NCBI GenBank assembly: GCA_949293165.1
Contig: CASFCW010000031.1
Span: 2,168 to 66,167 of the forward strand
Direction: 5' to 3'
Source of the DNA: an uncultured bacterium
Lineage (GTDB): Bacteria; Bacillota; Clostridia; Oscillospirales; Oscillospiraceae
Length of the DNA: 64,000 nucleotides
The translations under genes were made by a program, and so were the position numbers. The notes beneath the pieces are model-generated. The model was not told where the DNA came from. It did no database searches and worked only from the letters and a program-made list of their open reading frames with translations. Shown one piece after another: positions 18,691 through 28,713 of the stretch; position 1 is the stretch's first letter; every line of letters begins with the position of its first letter.

Positions 18691-20025
18691 ATGGCCGAAT
18701 TTGACCCCAGAGCCCTGGCTCTGGTTGGCCGTCTGGAATCGGGAGGGCACAGAGCGGCTTTGGTGGGCGGCTGCGTCCGGGACGCCCTGCTGGGGCTGGC
18801 CCCCCACGACTACGACTGCGCCTGCTCCGCCCTGCCGGAGGAGGTCATGGCCGCCTGTGCCCCCTTCCCCGTCCATCCCACCGGCCTGCGCCACGGCACC
18901 GTCACCGTGGTGTGGGAGGGTCTGCCGGTAGAGGTGACCACCTTCCGCCGGGAAGGGGCCTACACCGACCACCGCCGCCCCGACCGGGTGGACTTTACCC
19001 GCTCCCTGGAGGAGGATCTGGCCCGGCGGGACTTTACCGTCAACGCCATGGCCTGGGAACAGGGCGCACTGGTGGATTTGTTCGGTGGCCGGGAAGATCT
19101 GGCCCGGCGGGTCATCCGCTGCGTGGGCAAGCCGGAACGCCGCTTTCAAGAGGATGCCCTGCGGATTGTCCGGGCCCTGCGCTTTGCCGCCCAGCTGGAT
19201 TTCTCCATCTCTCCCCACACTGCCGCCGCCCTGCTCTCCGCCCTGCCGCTGCTGTCCCATGTGGCTCAGGAGCGGATTACCGGGGAGCTGATCCGACTGC
19301 TCCAGGGCCCGGGCGCCGGACGGGTGCTGCTGGCGTACCCCCAGGCCGCGGCCTGTCTGCTGCCTGAGCTGGCCCCTGCCATGGGCTTTGACCAACGCAA
19401 CCCCCACCACAGCTTCGACGTGTATACCCACAGCGTCCACACCATGGAGGGGGTGTCCCCTACCCCTGCCCTCCGGCTGGCCGCCCTCCTCCACGACGTA
19501 GGCAAGCCGGATACCTTCACCCTGGATGCGGATGGGGTGGGGCATTTCTACGGCCACCAGGAGCGCAGCGCCGCCATCGCCCTGGAAACACTGGCCCGGC
19601 TCCGGGTGGACCACGCCACCCGGGACAGGGCCGTCCAACTCGTGTCGCTGCACAGCCTGCCCCTGACCCCCACCCCCAGGGTAGTGCGGCGGTGGCTCCG
19701 CCGGCTGGGGGAGGAGCCCTTTTTCCAGCTGCTGGAGCTGCAGCGGGCCGACCGGGCGGCCTGCGCTCCCGCCCCGGCGGCAGAGGAGGGTTCTCTGGCC
19801 CAGGTGGAGGCCATGGCCCGGGACATATTGGCCCAAGCCCCCTGCCTCACCCTGAAGGAGCTGGCCGTCAACGGCCGGGACGCCATGGCAGCCGGGCTGG
19901 AGGGCCCCGCCATCGGCGCAGCTTTAAACGCCCTGCTGGAGCGGGTGGCGGAGGGAGAGCTGGCCAATGACCGGGCCGTCCTCCTCCCCCTGCTGGCTCA
20001 GCACCCCCAGCCCCCCCGGGAATAG
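18691..20025 (+). CDS. cca: CCA tRNA nucleotidyltransferase with HD domain
   Basis: VGGCVRD, HDYD, EVTTFR, DLARRDFTVNAM, EDALR, LHDVGK. Confidence 0.92.
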   Translation: MAEFDPRALALVGRLESGGHRAALVGGCVRDALLGLAPHDYDCACSALPEEVMAACAPFPVHPTGLRHGTVTVVWEGLPVEVTTFRREGAYTDHRRPDRVDFTRSLEEDLARRDFTVNAMAWEQGALVDLFGGREDLARRVIRCVGKPERRFQEDALRIVRALRFAAQLDFSISPHTAAALLSALPLLSHVAQERITGELIRLLQGPGAGRVLLAYPQAAACLLPELAPAMGFDQRNPHHSFDVYTHSVHTMEGVSPTPALRLAALLHDVGKPDTFTLDADGVGHFYGHQERSAAIALETLARLRVDHATRDRAVQLVSLHSLPLTPTPRVVRRWLRRLGEEPFFQLLELQRADRAACAPAPAAEEGSLAQVEAMARDILAQAPCLTLKELAVNGRDAMAAGLEGPAIGAALNALLERVAEGELANDRAVLLPLLAQHPQPPRE

Positions 20026-21593
20026 ATCACCTGCCCCCGCCGGATGGTAGCCTGGACACGGATGTGCCGCAGCTCCTCCGGCGGGGTTTTCAGCGGGTCC
20101 CGCTCCAACACCGCAAAATTGGCCTGTTTTCCCCGCCGGAGGGAGCCCTTCTCCCCCTCCTCGAAATACTGGCAGGCGGCGTGGATGGTCACCGCCTTCA
20201 TGGCCTCCAGCACCGGTATGGTTTCCCTCCCACCCAGCACCCTGCCCGACCGGGTAAGCCGGTTGACGGCGCACCAGATGGTCTCCATCATGTCCGGCGG
20301 CAGCACCGGGGTATCCTGATGGAAGGTAAAGGGGATGCCCAGCTTCCAGGCAGAGGCGGCAGGGCTGATCCGCCCTGCCCGTCCCAGCCCCAGATTGTCC
20401 GCATGGACTTCCCCCCAGTGATACACATGGGCCACAAAGAAGGAGGGGATTACACCCAGGGCCTTCACCGTCCGCAGCTGGTCCAGGCCCACCAGCTGGG
20501 CGTGGATCATCACCGGGCGGCGCAGCTTCCGCCCCACCCGGTCCTCCACCCGCCGGACGGTAGACAGCAGCTGCTCCGCCGCCGCGTCCCCATTGCAGTG
20601 GGCCAGCACCTGCACCCGCCGCTCCAGGGCCAGGGAAAGGGCCTCGTCCAGCTGCCGGTCGGTCATGGCGGGGTAGCCCCGGTAGGTCTCCTCCCCCCGG
20701 TAGGGCTCCCGCAGCCAGGCGGTGCGGGCCTGGGGGGAGCCGTCCAGAAACAGCTTGTATCCCCCCAGCTTCAGCCCGCCCAGGTAACCCCCCCAGTGGG
20801 GGGCCAGGCTGTCCTCCCAGCGCCCGCCCGGCGCCCCATAGGCCACCACATCCAGCTTCAGCAGCCCCCGCTCCACCGCCTGCCGGTACAGGGAGAGCAT
20901 CCCGTCCATCAGCGCCCCCTCCTGGACGGTGGTGATGCCGTAGGAGGCGTACCGGTCCTGGGCCGCCCCCAGCGCCCGGAGGATGTCCTCCGGGTCGTCC
21001 ATGGGCACCCTGCGCAGCAGCTCCAAAAAGGCGTTTTCCTCCATATAGCCGTTGAGCCGCCCCTGCTCATCCCGTCCCATCTCTCCCCCCTGGGGGCAGG
21101 GCGTCCCCTCCCCCACCCCTAACCGCTCCAAAGCCAGGGAGTTGAACACCCCGGCGTGGCCGGAGGCGTGCTGAATCACCACCGGGTGGCCGGGGCAGCA
21201 GGCGTCCAGCTCCTCCCGCAGGGGCGGACGGCCCTCCCCCAGGGTGGCCGGGTCGTAGCCCGTCCCCTTCACCCATGCGCCGGGAGGGGGATTTTCCCGC
21301 CGCACAAAGGCGGCCAGGCTTTGGCAGATCTCCTCCTTTGTGGTGCAGTCCCCCAGAGGCACCTGGAGCATGGCGGCGGCCCAGGCCATGAGATGGCTGT
21401 GGGGGTCCAGGAAGGCGGGGACCAGGGTCTGCCCTTCCAGGTGCACCCGGCGCACCTGCCGCCCCGCCAAGGCCTCCACCCGCGCCAAATCCCCCACCGC
21501 CTGAATAATCCCGTCCTCCTCCAGCAGCGCCTGGGCATAGAGGGGGGCCTCCATCGTCAAAATGGTGCCGCCGGTATACAGTGTCTGCGCCAT
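19998..21593 (-). CDS. Metal-dependent amidohydrolase (YtcJ/Amidohydro_3 type)
   Basis: PAFLDPHSH, HASGH, YKLFLDGS, AHCNGD, MIHAQ, FHQDTP. Confidence 0.9.
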   Translation of the reverse strand: MAQTLYTGGTILTMEAPLYAQALLEEDGIIQAVGDLARVEALAGRQVRRVHLEGQTLVPAFLDPHSHLMAWAAAMLQVPLGDCTTKEEICQSLAAFVRRENPPPGAWVKGTGYDPATLGEGRPPLREELDACCPGHPVVIQHASGHAGVFNSLALERLGVGEGTPCPQGGEMGRDEQGRLNGYMEENAFLELLRRVPMDDPEDILRALGAAQDRYASYGITTVQEGALMDGMLSLYRQAVERGLLKLDVVAYGAPGGRWEDSLAPHWGGYLGGLKLGGYKLFLDGSPQARTAWLREPYRGEETYRGYPAMTDRQLDEALSLALERRVQVLAHCNGDAAAEQLLSTVRRVEDRVGRKLRRPVMIHAQLVGLDQLRTVKALGVIPSFFVAHVYHWGEVHADNLGLGRAGRISPAASAWKLGIPFTFHQDTPVLPPDMMETIWCAVNRLTRSGRVLGGRETIPVLEAMKAVTIHAACQYFEEGEKGSLRRGKQANFAVLERDPLKTPPEELRHIRVQATIRRGQVIYSRGGWGC

Positions 21594-21665
21594 AGTCCGC
21601 TCTCCTTTTCCTTCTCCCGTTTCCTCCTAGTATGGGAAAAAAGAGGGCGTTCCAACCATCCCCGC

Positions 21666-21714
21666 AAAAAAAGAGGGCCGGAGGGCCGCCGACAATCGGC
21701 GGCTCTCCAGCCCT
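21666..21714 (-). terminator. Intrinsic terminator after dnaE
   Basis: Long stem agggctggagagccgccga/tcggcggccctccggccct followed by T7 on the minus strand. Confidence 0.75.
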
Positions 21715-21721
21715 TGGCATA

Positions 21722-24700
21722 TTATTTTACCACCACGTTTTCCTCTCCCAGCCAACGGGTCAGTTCAGCCACCAGAGGGGGCTGGACGGAGCACCGGCAG
21801 CCCAGGCGGGCGGCGCAGTCGGCAAAGCAGATGACGCCCTGCTCCTTTCCCGGGAAGAAGGAAAGGGCCAGCTGCACCTTACGCAGCAGCGGGTCCTCCC
21901 GGCTGGGCAGGCGGAGGTACAGCCTCCGTCCCTCCCCCCCGGCAGCGTCTCCGGCAGTCCGGGCGCTCTCCACCAGGGGGCGGATGGTGTCCACCATGAT
22001 CTGGGGGTCCTTTTCCTCCCGGATGGAGATGGTGCCGGAAATCACCACGGCGGCGTTTTCCTGCAAATACTGCCCGCCCTCCCCCAGCGCCCGGGAAAAG
22101 CACAGCAGCTCGATGGCGGCGGTGTCATCCTCCAGGGTGACGTAGGCCATCAGGGTGTTATTCCGGGTGGTGCGGGTTTTATACCCCTCCACCACGCCGG
22201 CCACCGTCACCTTTGCCCCGTCCCGGAAGCGGCCGGAATTCTCCTCCCCCTCCAAATCGGACAGGATGGCGCCGATGGGCACCGCCCCCAGCACCCGGGC
22301 GGCCTTGCGGTAGCTGTCCATGGGATGGCCGGAGAGATACAGCCCGGTGACCTCCTTCTCCATAGCCATCCGCTCCTGGGGAGAGAACTCCTCCACATCA
22401 GGCAGGGTGAGGGCAGGCATGGGGGCTTCCTCCCCGCCCCCCAGGCCGAACAGGTCCAGCTGCCCCTCCAGGTTCCGCCGGCGGCCGGCGGCAATGCTGT
22501 CCAGCACCGAGCCGTATACCGCCATCAGCTGGGCCCGGCGGCAGCCCATGGAGTCAAAGGCTCCCGCTTTAATCAGGCTTTCCAGCACCCGGCGGTTCAG
22601 CTCCCGGTCATACATCCGGACGCAGAAGTCCATGAAGTCCCGGAAGGGGCCGTTGGCCTCCCGCTCCGCCAGCATAGCCTGGATCACGCCCCGGCCCACG
22701 CCCTTCAGGGCCACCAGGCCGAAGCGGATGCCCTCCTGGGAGACGGTGAAGTCTGCCTCCGACCGGTTGACGTCCGGGGGCAGGAGATGGATGCCCCACT
22801 CCTTGCACTCGGCGATGTAGCCGGCCACCTTGTCGCTGGAGTCCAGCACCGAGGTGAGCAGGGCGGCCATGTACTCCCTGGGGTAATGGCATTTGAACCA
22901 GGCGGTACGGTAGGCCACAATGGCGTAGCAGACGGCGTGTGCCTTGTTGAAGGCGTAGTTGGCAAAGTCATAAATCTCGTCGTAGATGCTCTGGGCCGCT
23001 TCCTCCGGGATGCCGTTGGCGGCGCAGCCGGCGATATTCCGGGCCGGGTCGCCGTGGAGGAAGGTGTCCCGCTCCCGCTGGATGTCCTTCACCTTCTTTT
23101 TGGACATGGCCCGGCGCACCATGTCCGCCTGTCCCAGGGAGTAGCCGCCCAGCTGCTGGAAGATCTGGATCACCTGCTCCTGGTAGACGATGCAGCCGTA
23201 GGTGTTGGACAAAATAGGCTCCAGGCTGGGGTGCTTGTAGCGCACCTTCTCCGGATTGTGCTTGCAGGCCACAAACCGGGGGATGGATTCCATAGGGCCC
23301 GGGCGGTACAGGGCGATGATGGCGGTGATGTCCTCAATGCTCTGGGGTTTCAGGCTGACGCACACGCCGGTCATGCCCGCCGACTCCATCTGGAACACCC
23401 CGGAGGTACGGCCCTCCGACAGCATCCGGAAGGTCTCCGGGTCGTCGGTGGGAATGGCCTCCGGGTCGAAATCCGGCTGCCCCCGGCGCACCAGGCGGGC
23501 CGCGTCGTCCAGCACCGTCAGGTTGCGAAGGCCCAGAAAATCCATTTTCAGCAGGCCCAGCTCCTCCAGGGTGGTCATGATGTACTGGGTCACCACCAGG
23601 TCATCGTTCTTGGCCAGGGGGACGTACTCATACACCGGCCGGCTGGTAATGACCACGCCGGCGGCGTGGGTGGAGGTGTTCCGGGGCATGCCCTCGATGG
23701 CCTTGGCGGTGTCGATGAGCTTTTTGATCTGTGGGCTGCCGTCATAGGCCTCCTTCAGGGGCTTGGACAGATTCAGCGCCTCCTCCAGGGTAATGTGGAG
23801 AGCGCCCGGGCCGCTGGGCACCTGCTTGGCCAGGGCGTCCACCTCGGCGTAGGGCACGCCCAGCACCCGGCCCACGTCCCGGATGGCCGCCCGGGCCGCC
23901 ATGGTGCCGAAGGTGACAATCTGGGCCACATGGTCGGCGCCATATTTCCGGGAGACGTAGTCGATCACCTCCTGGCGGCGGCGGATGCAGAAGTCGATGT
24001 CGATATCGGGCATAGTCACCCGCTCCGGGTTGAGGAACCGTTCAAAATACAGGTTATACTGCACCGGGTCGATGTCGGTGATGTTCAGGCAGTAGGACAC
24101 CATAGACCCGGCGGCGGACCCTCCGGCGGCGGAGCCGCGCCCCGGCCCCACCGGGATGCCGTTTCTTTTGGCGTAGGCGATAAAGTCGGACACAATCAGG
24201 AAATAATCCACAAAGCCCATGCTGCGGATCATGTCCAGCTCGTAATTCAGCTTTTCCAGGTACTCCGGCGGCTGCTGGGGATAGCGGCGGGCAAAGCCCT
24301 CCATGCACAGCCTGCGGAGATAGTGCTCCCCGTCGGTCTCCCCCTCCGGGAGCTGGAAATGGGGCAGGTGGTATTTGCCGAACACAAAGTCCACGTTGCA
24401 GGCCTGGGCGATTTTCGCCGTATTTTCCAGCGCTTCCAGGTGGTTGGGGAAAAGCTGGGCCATCTCCTCCTCGCTTTTCACGTAAAATTCCTGGGTCTCG
24501 AAGCGCATCCGCCCGGGGTCGTCCAGGGTTTTCCCGGTCTGGATGCACATGAGGATGTCCTGGGTCTCCCCATCCTCCCGGCAGAGGTAGTGGGCATCGT
24601 TGGTGGCCACCAGGGGGATGCCCGTCTCCCGGCTGAGGCGGATCAGGCCGGTATTCACCGCCCGCTGGGCGGGGATGCCGTGATCCTGCAGCTCCAGGTA

Positions 24701-25216
24701 GTAGCCGTCCTCCCCGAAGATATCCCGCATCTCCAGGGCGGCCGCCTTGGCCTGGTCGTATTCCCCCGCCATCAGCAGCCGGGGGATCTCCCCCGCCAGG
24801 CAGGCGGAACAGGCAATCAGCCCCCCGGCGTGCTGCCGCAGCAGCTCCAGGTCAATCCGGGGCTTGATATAAAAGCCCTCCAAAAAGGACTGGGACACCA
24901 TGTAGGACAGGTTCCGGTACCCCTCCTCGTTCCGGCACAGCAGCACCAGGTGGGTGGCGCGGGAATCCAGCTCATGCACCTTTTGGAAGCGGGTGCGGCC
25001 CCGGGGGGCCACATAGACCTCGCAGCCGATGATGGGCTTGATCCCCCCCTGCTTGCAGGCCCGGTAAAAGTCCACCACCCCGTACATCACGCCGTGGTCG
25101 GTGATGGCCACCGCGTCCTGGCCCAGCTCCTTCACCCGCTCCACCAGCTTATGGATGCGGCAGGCCCCGTCCAGAAGGGAGAATTCCGTATGCAGATGGA
25201 GATGCACAAAGGACAT
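21722..25216 (-). CDS. dnaE: DNA polymerase III alpha subunit (contains a GSAAG tandem duplication)
   Basis: PHP motif HLHLHTEFSLLDG, TDHG, catalytic PDIDID, KMDFLGL, YAFNKAH, OB fold. Confidence 0.97.
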   Translation of the reverse strand: MSFVHLHLHTEFSLLDGACRIHKLVERVKELGQDAVAITDHGVMYGVVDFYRACKQGGIKPIIGCEVYVAPRGRTRFQKVHELDSRATHLVLLCRNEEGYRNLSYMVSQSFLEGFYIKPRIDLELLRQHAGGLIACSACLAGEIPRLLMAGEYDQAKAAALEMRDIFGEDGYYLELQDHGIPAQRAVNTGLIRLSRETGIPLVATNDAHYLCREDGETQDILMCIQTGKTLDDPGRMRFETQEFYVKSEEEMAQLFPNHLEALENTAKIAQACNVDFVFGKYHLPHFQLPEGETDGEHYLRRLCMEGFARRYPQQPPEYLEKLNYELDMIRSMGFVDYFLIVSDFIAYAKRNGIPVGPGRGSAAGGSAAGSMVSYCLNITDIDPVQYNLYFERFLNPERVTMPDIDIDFCIRRRQEVIDYVSRKYGADHVAQIVTFGTMAARAAIRDVGRVLGVPYAEVDALAKQVPSGPGALHITLEEALNLSKPLKEAYDGSPQIKKLIDTAKAIEGMPRNTSTHAAGVVITSRPVYEYVPLAKNDDLVVTQYIMTTLEELGLLKMDFLGLRNLTVLDDAARLVRRGQPDFDPEAIPTDDPETFRMLSEGRTSGVFQMESAGMTGVCVSLKPQSIEDITAIIALYRPGPMESIPRFVACKHNPEKVRYKHPSLEPILSNTYGCIVYQEQVIQIFQQLGGYSLGQADMVRRAMSKKKVKDIQRERDTFLHGDPARNIAGCAANGIPEEAAQSIYDEIYDFANYAFNKAHAVCYAIVAYRTAWFKCHYPREYMAALLTSVLDSSDKVAGYIAECKEWGIHLLPPDVNRSEADFTVSQEGIRFGLVALKGVGRGVIQAMLAEREANGPFRDFMDFCVRMYDRELNRRVLESLIKAGAFDSMGCRRAQLMAVYGSVLDSIAAGRRRNLEGQLDLFGLGGGEEAPMPALTLPDVEEFSPQERMAMEKEVTGLYLSGHPMDSYRKAARVLGAVPIGAILSDLEGEENSGRFRDGAKVTVAGVVEGYKTRTTRNNTLMAYVTLEDDTAAIELLCFSRALGEGGQYLQENAAVVISGTISIREEKDPQIMVDTIRPLVESARTAGDAAGGEGRRLYLRLPSREDPLLRKVQLALSFFPGKEQGVICFADCAARLGCRCSVQPPLVAELTRWLGEENVVVK

Positions 25217-25231
25217 GGCAGGGTTCTCCTT

Positions 25232-25837
25232 TCAACGGCGGCGGCACAGCATCTGTACCGTGCGAACCGCCACATAGCCCAGCAGGGCTCCGGCAAAATT
25301 GAGGATAGAATCGTCCACATCGGCAGCGCCGGTGGCGGTGCGCCACTGGACATACTCCACCCCCACGGCAAACAGGGCGCACAGGGGCAGGGTGAGCCAG
25401 AACCGCCGCAGGCGGGGGAACATCATGGGCAGCAGCATCCCCAGGGGGATGGTGATGACCACATTGCCCAGCAGATTGGCGATGCTCACCCAGCTGCCGG
25501 TATTTTCATAATAAATCAGGTAGCTGCGGATGGTGTGCAGGGGCTTGAGGTTCACCGTCCCGCCCCAGCCCCGGTCAATGTGAAATAATCCACCGAAAAA
25601 CAGCAGCACAGACAGGATAGCCAGGTAGTACAGCAGCAGGGCCCACATGGCACGCTGGCGGTACCGCCGCCCCTCCGCCGGGGCCATGGGCGCCGTCCGC
25701 AGCCACACCCCAAGGCCCGCCGCGGCCACGGTGACCAGGGGAATGGCCATCTGCCGTGTGAGGGGGATGTGGTCGCCCAGCAGCAGCCATCCCCCGTTCA
25801 AGGCCAGCACGAACAGGTAACACAGGATATGGGCCAT
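25232..25837 (-). CDS. VanZ family membrane protein
   Basis: VNLKPLHTI, NLLGNVVITIPLG, VEYVQ, ADVDDSILNFAG. Confidence 0.82.
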   Translation of the reverse strand: MAHILCYLFVLALNGGWLLLGDHIPLTRQMAIPLVTVAAAGLGVWLRTAPMAPAEGRRYRQRAMWALLLYYLAILSVLLFFGGLFHIDRGWGGTVNLKPLHTIRSYLIYYENTGSWVSIANLLGNVVITIPLGMLLPMMFPRLRRFWLTLPLCALFAVGVEYVQWRTATGAADVDDSILNFAGALLGYVAVRTVQMLCRRR

Positions 25838-25850
25838 CAGATCTGCGCTC

Positions 25851-26750
25851 CTATTCCGCCGCCGGCTGCCCGGCCAGCTCCACCAGCTTCCGCAGGCGGT
25901 GGTTCAGGGCGGATTTGGTCACCGGGGGGTCGCACAGCTGGGCCAGCTGGGCCAGGGTGTCCGCGGGATGCTCCATCCGCAGCCGGGCGGTTTCCTGCAG
26001 CTTCTGGGGCAGGCTGTCCAGCCGTCCCGCCTGCTCCAGGCGGCGGATGGCCTCCAGCTGGGTCTGGGCCGCCTCCACCACCTTGTCCAGGTTGGCCGCG
26101 TCGCAGTTGACCCGGCGGTTCACGCTCCCGCGGAGATCCTTTTCCAGCTTGGCGTTCATAACCTCCATGGCGGACAGCGGCGCGCCGATGGCGGTGAGGA
26201 AATCCTCGATGTACTCGCTCTGCTTGAAATAGATCACCCAGTTCCCCTTCCGGCTGGCGGCCTTGGGCTGGAATTCCCCCTCCCGCATCAGGGCCAGCAT
26301 TTCCCGGCTCACATTGTGGTGGGAGGTGGTCAGCTCCAGGTGGTAGCCCTTCTTCGGGTCGGTCACCGATCCCCCCGCCAGAAAGGCCCCCCGGAGGAAG
26401 GCGGGGCGGCTGTCCGGCTCCTCCAGGGCGGCAAAGTTGATATGCAGCGCCATGGCGGCGGCGTCCACGCCGTAGGTCTGGTAGATAGCCTCCACCTTAT
26501 CCGGGCTGTTGATCTGGAAGATGTATTTCCCCTCCCGGTCCGGCAGCTGGTCAAACTGCACCTTAAAGGCCTTTTTGAACAGGGCGGGCAGCCGCTGGGC
26601 AAAGCCCTTGTGCTCCGTAACAATGCGGACCTCCCGGCTGTGGAAGGTGTTGCAGTACAGCAGCACGCCGTAGGCCTCCGCCTGCGCGGCGGCGCGGCTC
26701 CCCACCGGGGCGCGGCACAGCTCGTATTTTACCTCTTCTCCAAAGGACAT
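25851..26750 (-). CDS. whiA: DNA-binding protein WhiA
   Basis: FLRGAFLAGGSVTDP, YHLE, NRRVNCDAANL, TKSALNHRLRKL. Confidence 0.95.
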   Translation of the reverse strand: MSFGEEVKYELCRAPVGSRAAAQAEAYGVLLYCNTFHSREVRIVTEHKGFAQRLPALFKKAFKVQFDQLPDREGKYIFQINSPDKVEAIYQTYGVDAAAMALHINFAALEEPDSRPAFLRGAFLAGGSVTDPKKGYHLELTTSHHNVSREMLALMREGEFQPKAASRKGNWVIYFKQSEYIEDFLTAIGAPLSAMEVMNAKLEKDLRGSVNRRVNCDAANLDKVVEAAQTQLEAIRRLEQAGRLDSLPQKLQETARLRMEHPADTLAQLAQLCDPPVTKSALNHRLRKLVELAGQPAAE

Positions 26751-26754
26751 GACG

Positions 26755-27795
26755 TCACTCCTCAATGATATAGCGCTTCTTGCCCCGGAAGATCCGCACC
26801 GCCCTGCGGCGGTAGACCTCCATCACGGCCTCAGCCAGCCGGATGGGGTCGTGGCGGGCATAGCCCCCCTCCTCCGAGACCAGGGGCAGTTCCTCCAACG
26901 ACAGGCCCATGCCGGCAATCCGCGCCCGGTCCACCACCAGGGGGGCGGCGCCCTCCTGCCGGTACCGCTCCAGCAGCTCCTCCGGGACCGGGGCGCTGTT
27001 GGCCAGGCACACGTCCAGCATCCCCTCCACGCCGTGGGCCATCAGCGCCTGGACATGGTCGGCGGCGGTATAGCCCTCCGTCTCCCCGTCCTGGGTCATG
27101 ATGTTGCAGACGTACATCTTCAGCGCCCGGGACCGGGCGATGGCCTGGGGAATCCCGTCCACCAGGAGGTTGGGGATGATGCTGGTATACAGGCTGCCCG
27201 GACCCAGCAGGATCAGGTCGGCCTGTTCAATGGCCTCCAACGCCCCGGGCAGGGGCTTGGGGCCGGCTGGGAGCAGGGACACCCGCTGAATGCGGCAGTC
27301 CTGCTGCTTTTTGAAGTCGGAAATTTGGGATTCCCCCACCACCCGGCTGCCGTTTTCAAACAGGGCCTCCAGCTGCACATCCGCGCTGGTCACCGGCAGG
27401 ATCTGCCCGGTCACCGCCAGTACCTGGCCCATCTGGGCCACCGCCTCCTCAAAGGAGCCGGTCACGCCGTTCAGGGCGGCCAGGATCAGGTTTCCAAAGG
27501 ACTGCCCCGCCAGGACACCCTCGGTAAACCGGTAGGTGAGCAGCCGTTCCATCACCGGCTCCACATTGGCCAGGGCCTCCATGCAGTGGCGGATGTCCCC
27601 CGGCGGGAGCATACCCATGTCCCGGCGGAGCATACCGGAGCCGCCGCCGTCATCGGCCACCGTAACGATGGCCGTCAGGTTTCTGGTATAATTTTTCAGT
27701 CCGCGAAGCATGGTGGACAGGCCTGTCCCGCCGCCGACGGCCACAATTTTCGGCCCCCGCTCCCACAGCTGCGCGTTGGCAATACGCTGGTCCAT
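26755..27795 (-). CDS. yvcK: YvcK/CofD-like UDP-GlcNAc-binding gluconeogenesis/morphogenesis factor
   Basis: VAVGGGTGLS, TVADDGGGSG, PPGDIR, LGPGSLYTSIIPNL, RHDP. Confidence 0.93.
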   Translation of the reverse strand: MDQRIANAQLWERGPKIVAVGGGTGLSTMLRGLKNYTRNLTAIVTVADDGGGSGMLRRDMGMLPPGDIRHCMEALANVEPVMERLLTYRFTEGVLAGQSFGNLILAALNGVTGSFEEAVAQMGQVLAVTGQILPVTSADVQLEALFENGSRVVGESQISDFKKQQDCRIQRVSLLPAGPKPLPGALEAIEQADLILLGPGSLYTSIIPNLLVDGIPQAIARSRALKMYVCNIMTQDGETEGYTAADHVQALMAHGVEGMLDVCLANSAPVPEELLERYRQEGAAPLVVDRARIAGMGLSLEELPLVSEEGGYARHDPIRLAEAVMEVYRRRAVRIFRGKKRYIIEE

Positions 27796-27829
27796 CTCAT
27801 ATCCTCCTCAGCGGCCGATCCGCCCGGAG

Positions 27830-28690
27830 CTAGTTGCGGCCCAGATCCCGGTGCTCCTCCCGCACCGGGTAGTTCCGCTGGGACACCTCCTGGGCTATGG
27901 CGTGGGCCGTGGCCACGGAGCGGTGGTGCCCCCCGGTGCAGCCCACAGCAATCACCAGCTCGTTTTTCCCCTCGCTGACATACCGGGGCAGCAGGTAATC
28001 TATAAAGTCCATCAGCCGGCGGAGAAACTCCTGGCTCTCCTCCGCCTTGTACACGTAATCCCGCACCCCGGCATCCAGCCCTGTCAGGGACCGCAGCTCC
28101 GCGACATAGTAGGGATTGGGCAGGAAGCGCACATCAAACACCAGGTCCGCCTCTATTGGAATCCCGTACTTAAACCCAAAGGAGATGACCCGCACCTCCA
28201 TCAGCCGGTTTTCCCCAACGCCGCTGTACCAACGCACCAGCTGGCCCCGCAGGGCCCGGGTAGACATGCTGCTGGTGTCCAAAATGTGCTCCGCCCGCTG
28301 GCGGAGGGGGGCCAGCATCCGCCGCTCCAGGGCGATGGCGTCTTTCAGGGAGGCGCACTCCTCCATCAGGGGATGGGCCCGCCTGCTCTCCTTATACCGG
28401 CGGATGATGACCTCATCGTCCGCCTCCATGAAGAGGATGCTGTAGGGGCATTTCATCTCCCGCAGGTTTTCCAGCGCCTGAAACAGCCCGTTGAAATTCT
28501 TGCCGCCCCGAATGTCCGTCACCAGGGCCACCCGGTCATACTCCCCGTTGCCCGCCATACTCAGCTCGGCAAACTTGGGGATCAGAGGGATGGGCAGGTT
28601 ATCCACGCAAAAATACCCCATATCCTCCATCATGGCGGCCGCCCGGCTTTTTCCCGCGCCGGACATACCGGAAACAATGACAAATTTCAC
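27830..28690 (-). CDS. rapZ: RNase adapter RapZ / YvcJ P-loop NTPase
   Basis: SGMSGAGKS, VDNLP, SFGFKYG, DVRFLPNP, GCTGGHHRSV. Confidence 0.95.
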   Translation of the reverse strand: MKFVIVSGMSGAGKSRAAAMMEDMGYFCVDNLPIPLIPKFAELSMAGNGEYDRVALVTDIRGGKNFNGLFQALENLREMKCPYSILFMEADDEVIIRRYKESRRAHPLMEECASLKDAIALERRMLAPLRQRAEHILDTSSMSTRALRGQLVRWYSGVGENRLMEVRVISFGFKYGIPIEADLVFDVRFLPNPYYVAELRSLTGLDAGVRDYVYKAEESQEFLRRLMDFIDYLLPRYVSEGKNELVIAVGCTGGHHRSVATAHAIAQEVSQRNYPVREEHRDLGRN

Positions 28691-28713
28691 CGCAAATCTC
28701 CTCTTTTCTTCCG

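Noticed and set aside
21627-21665. CATACTA box upstream of the amidohydrolase gene as a sigma-G promoter
   Set aside because: The only -35-like GGATG lies 22 nt away rather than 17-18, so there is not enough support.
21632-25588. 1318-aa plus-strand ORF antisense to dnaE, and similar long antisense ORFs over gcdA (1335-3494), clp (9006-11516) and infB (51662-54196)
   Set aside because: They are shadow frames of high-GC codon usage, mirror real genes, and have no recognisable motifs or RBS.
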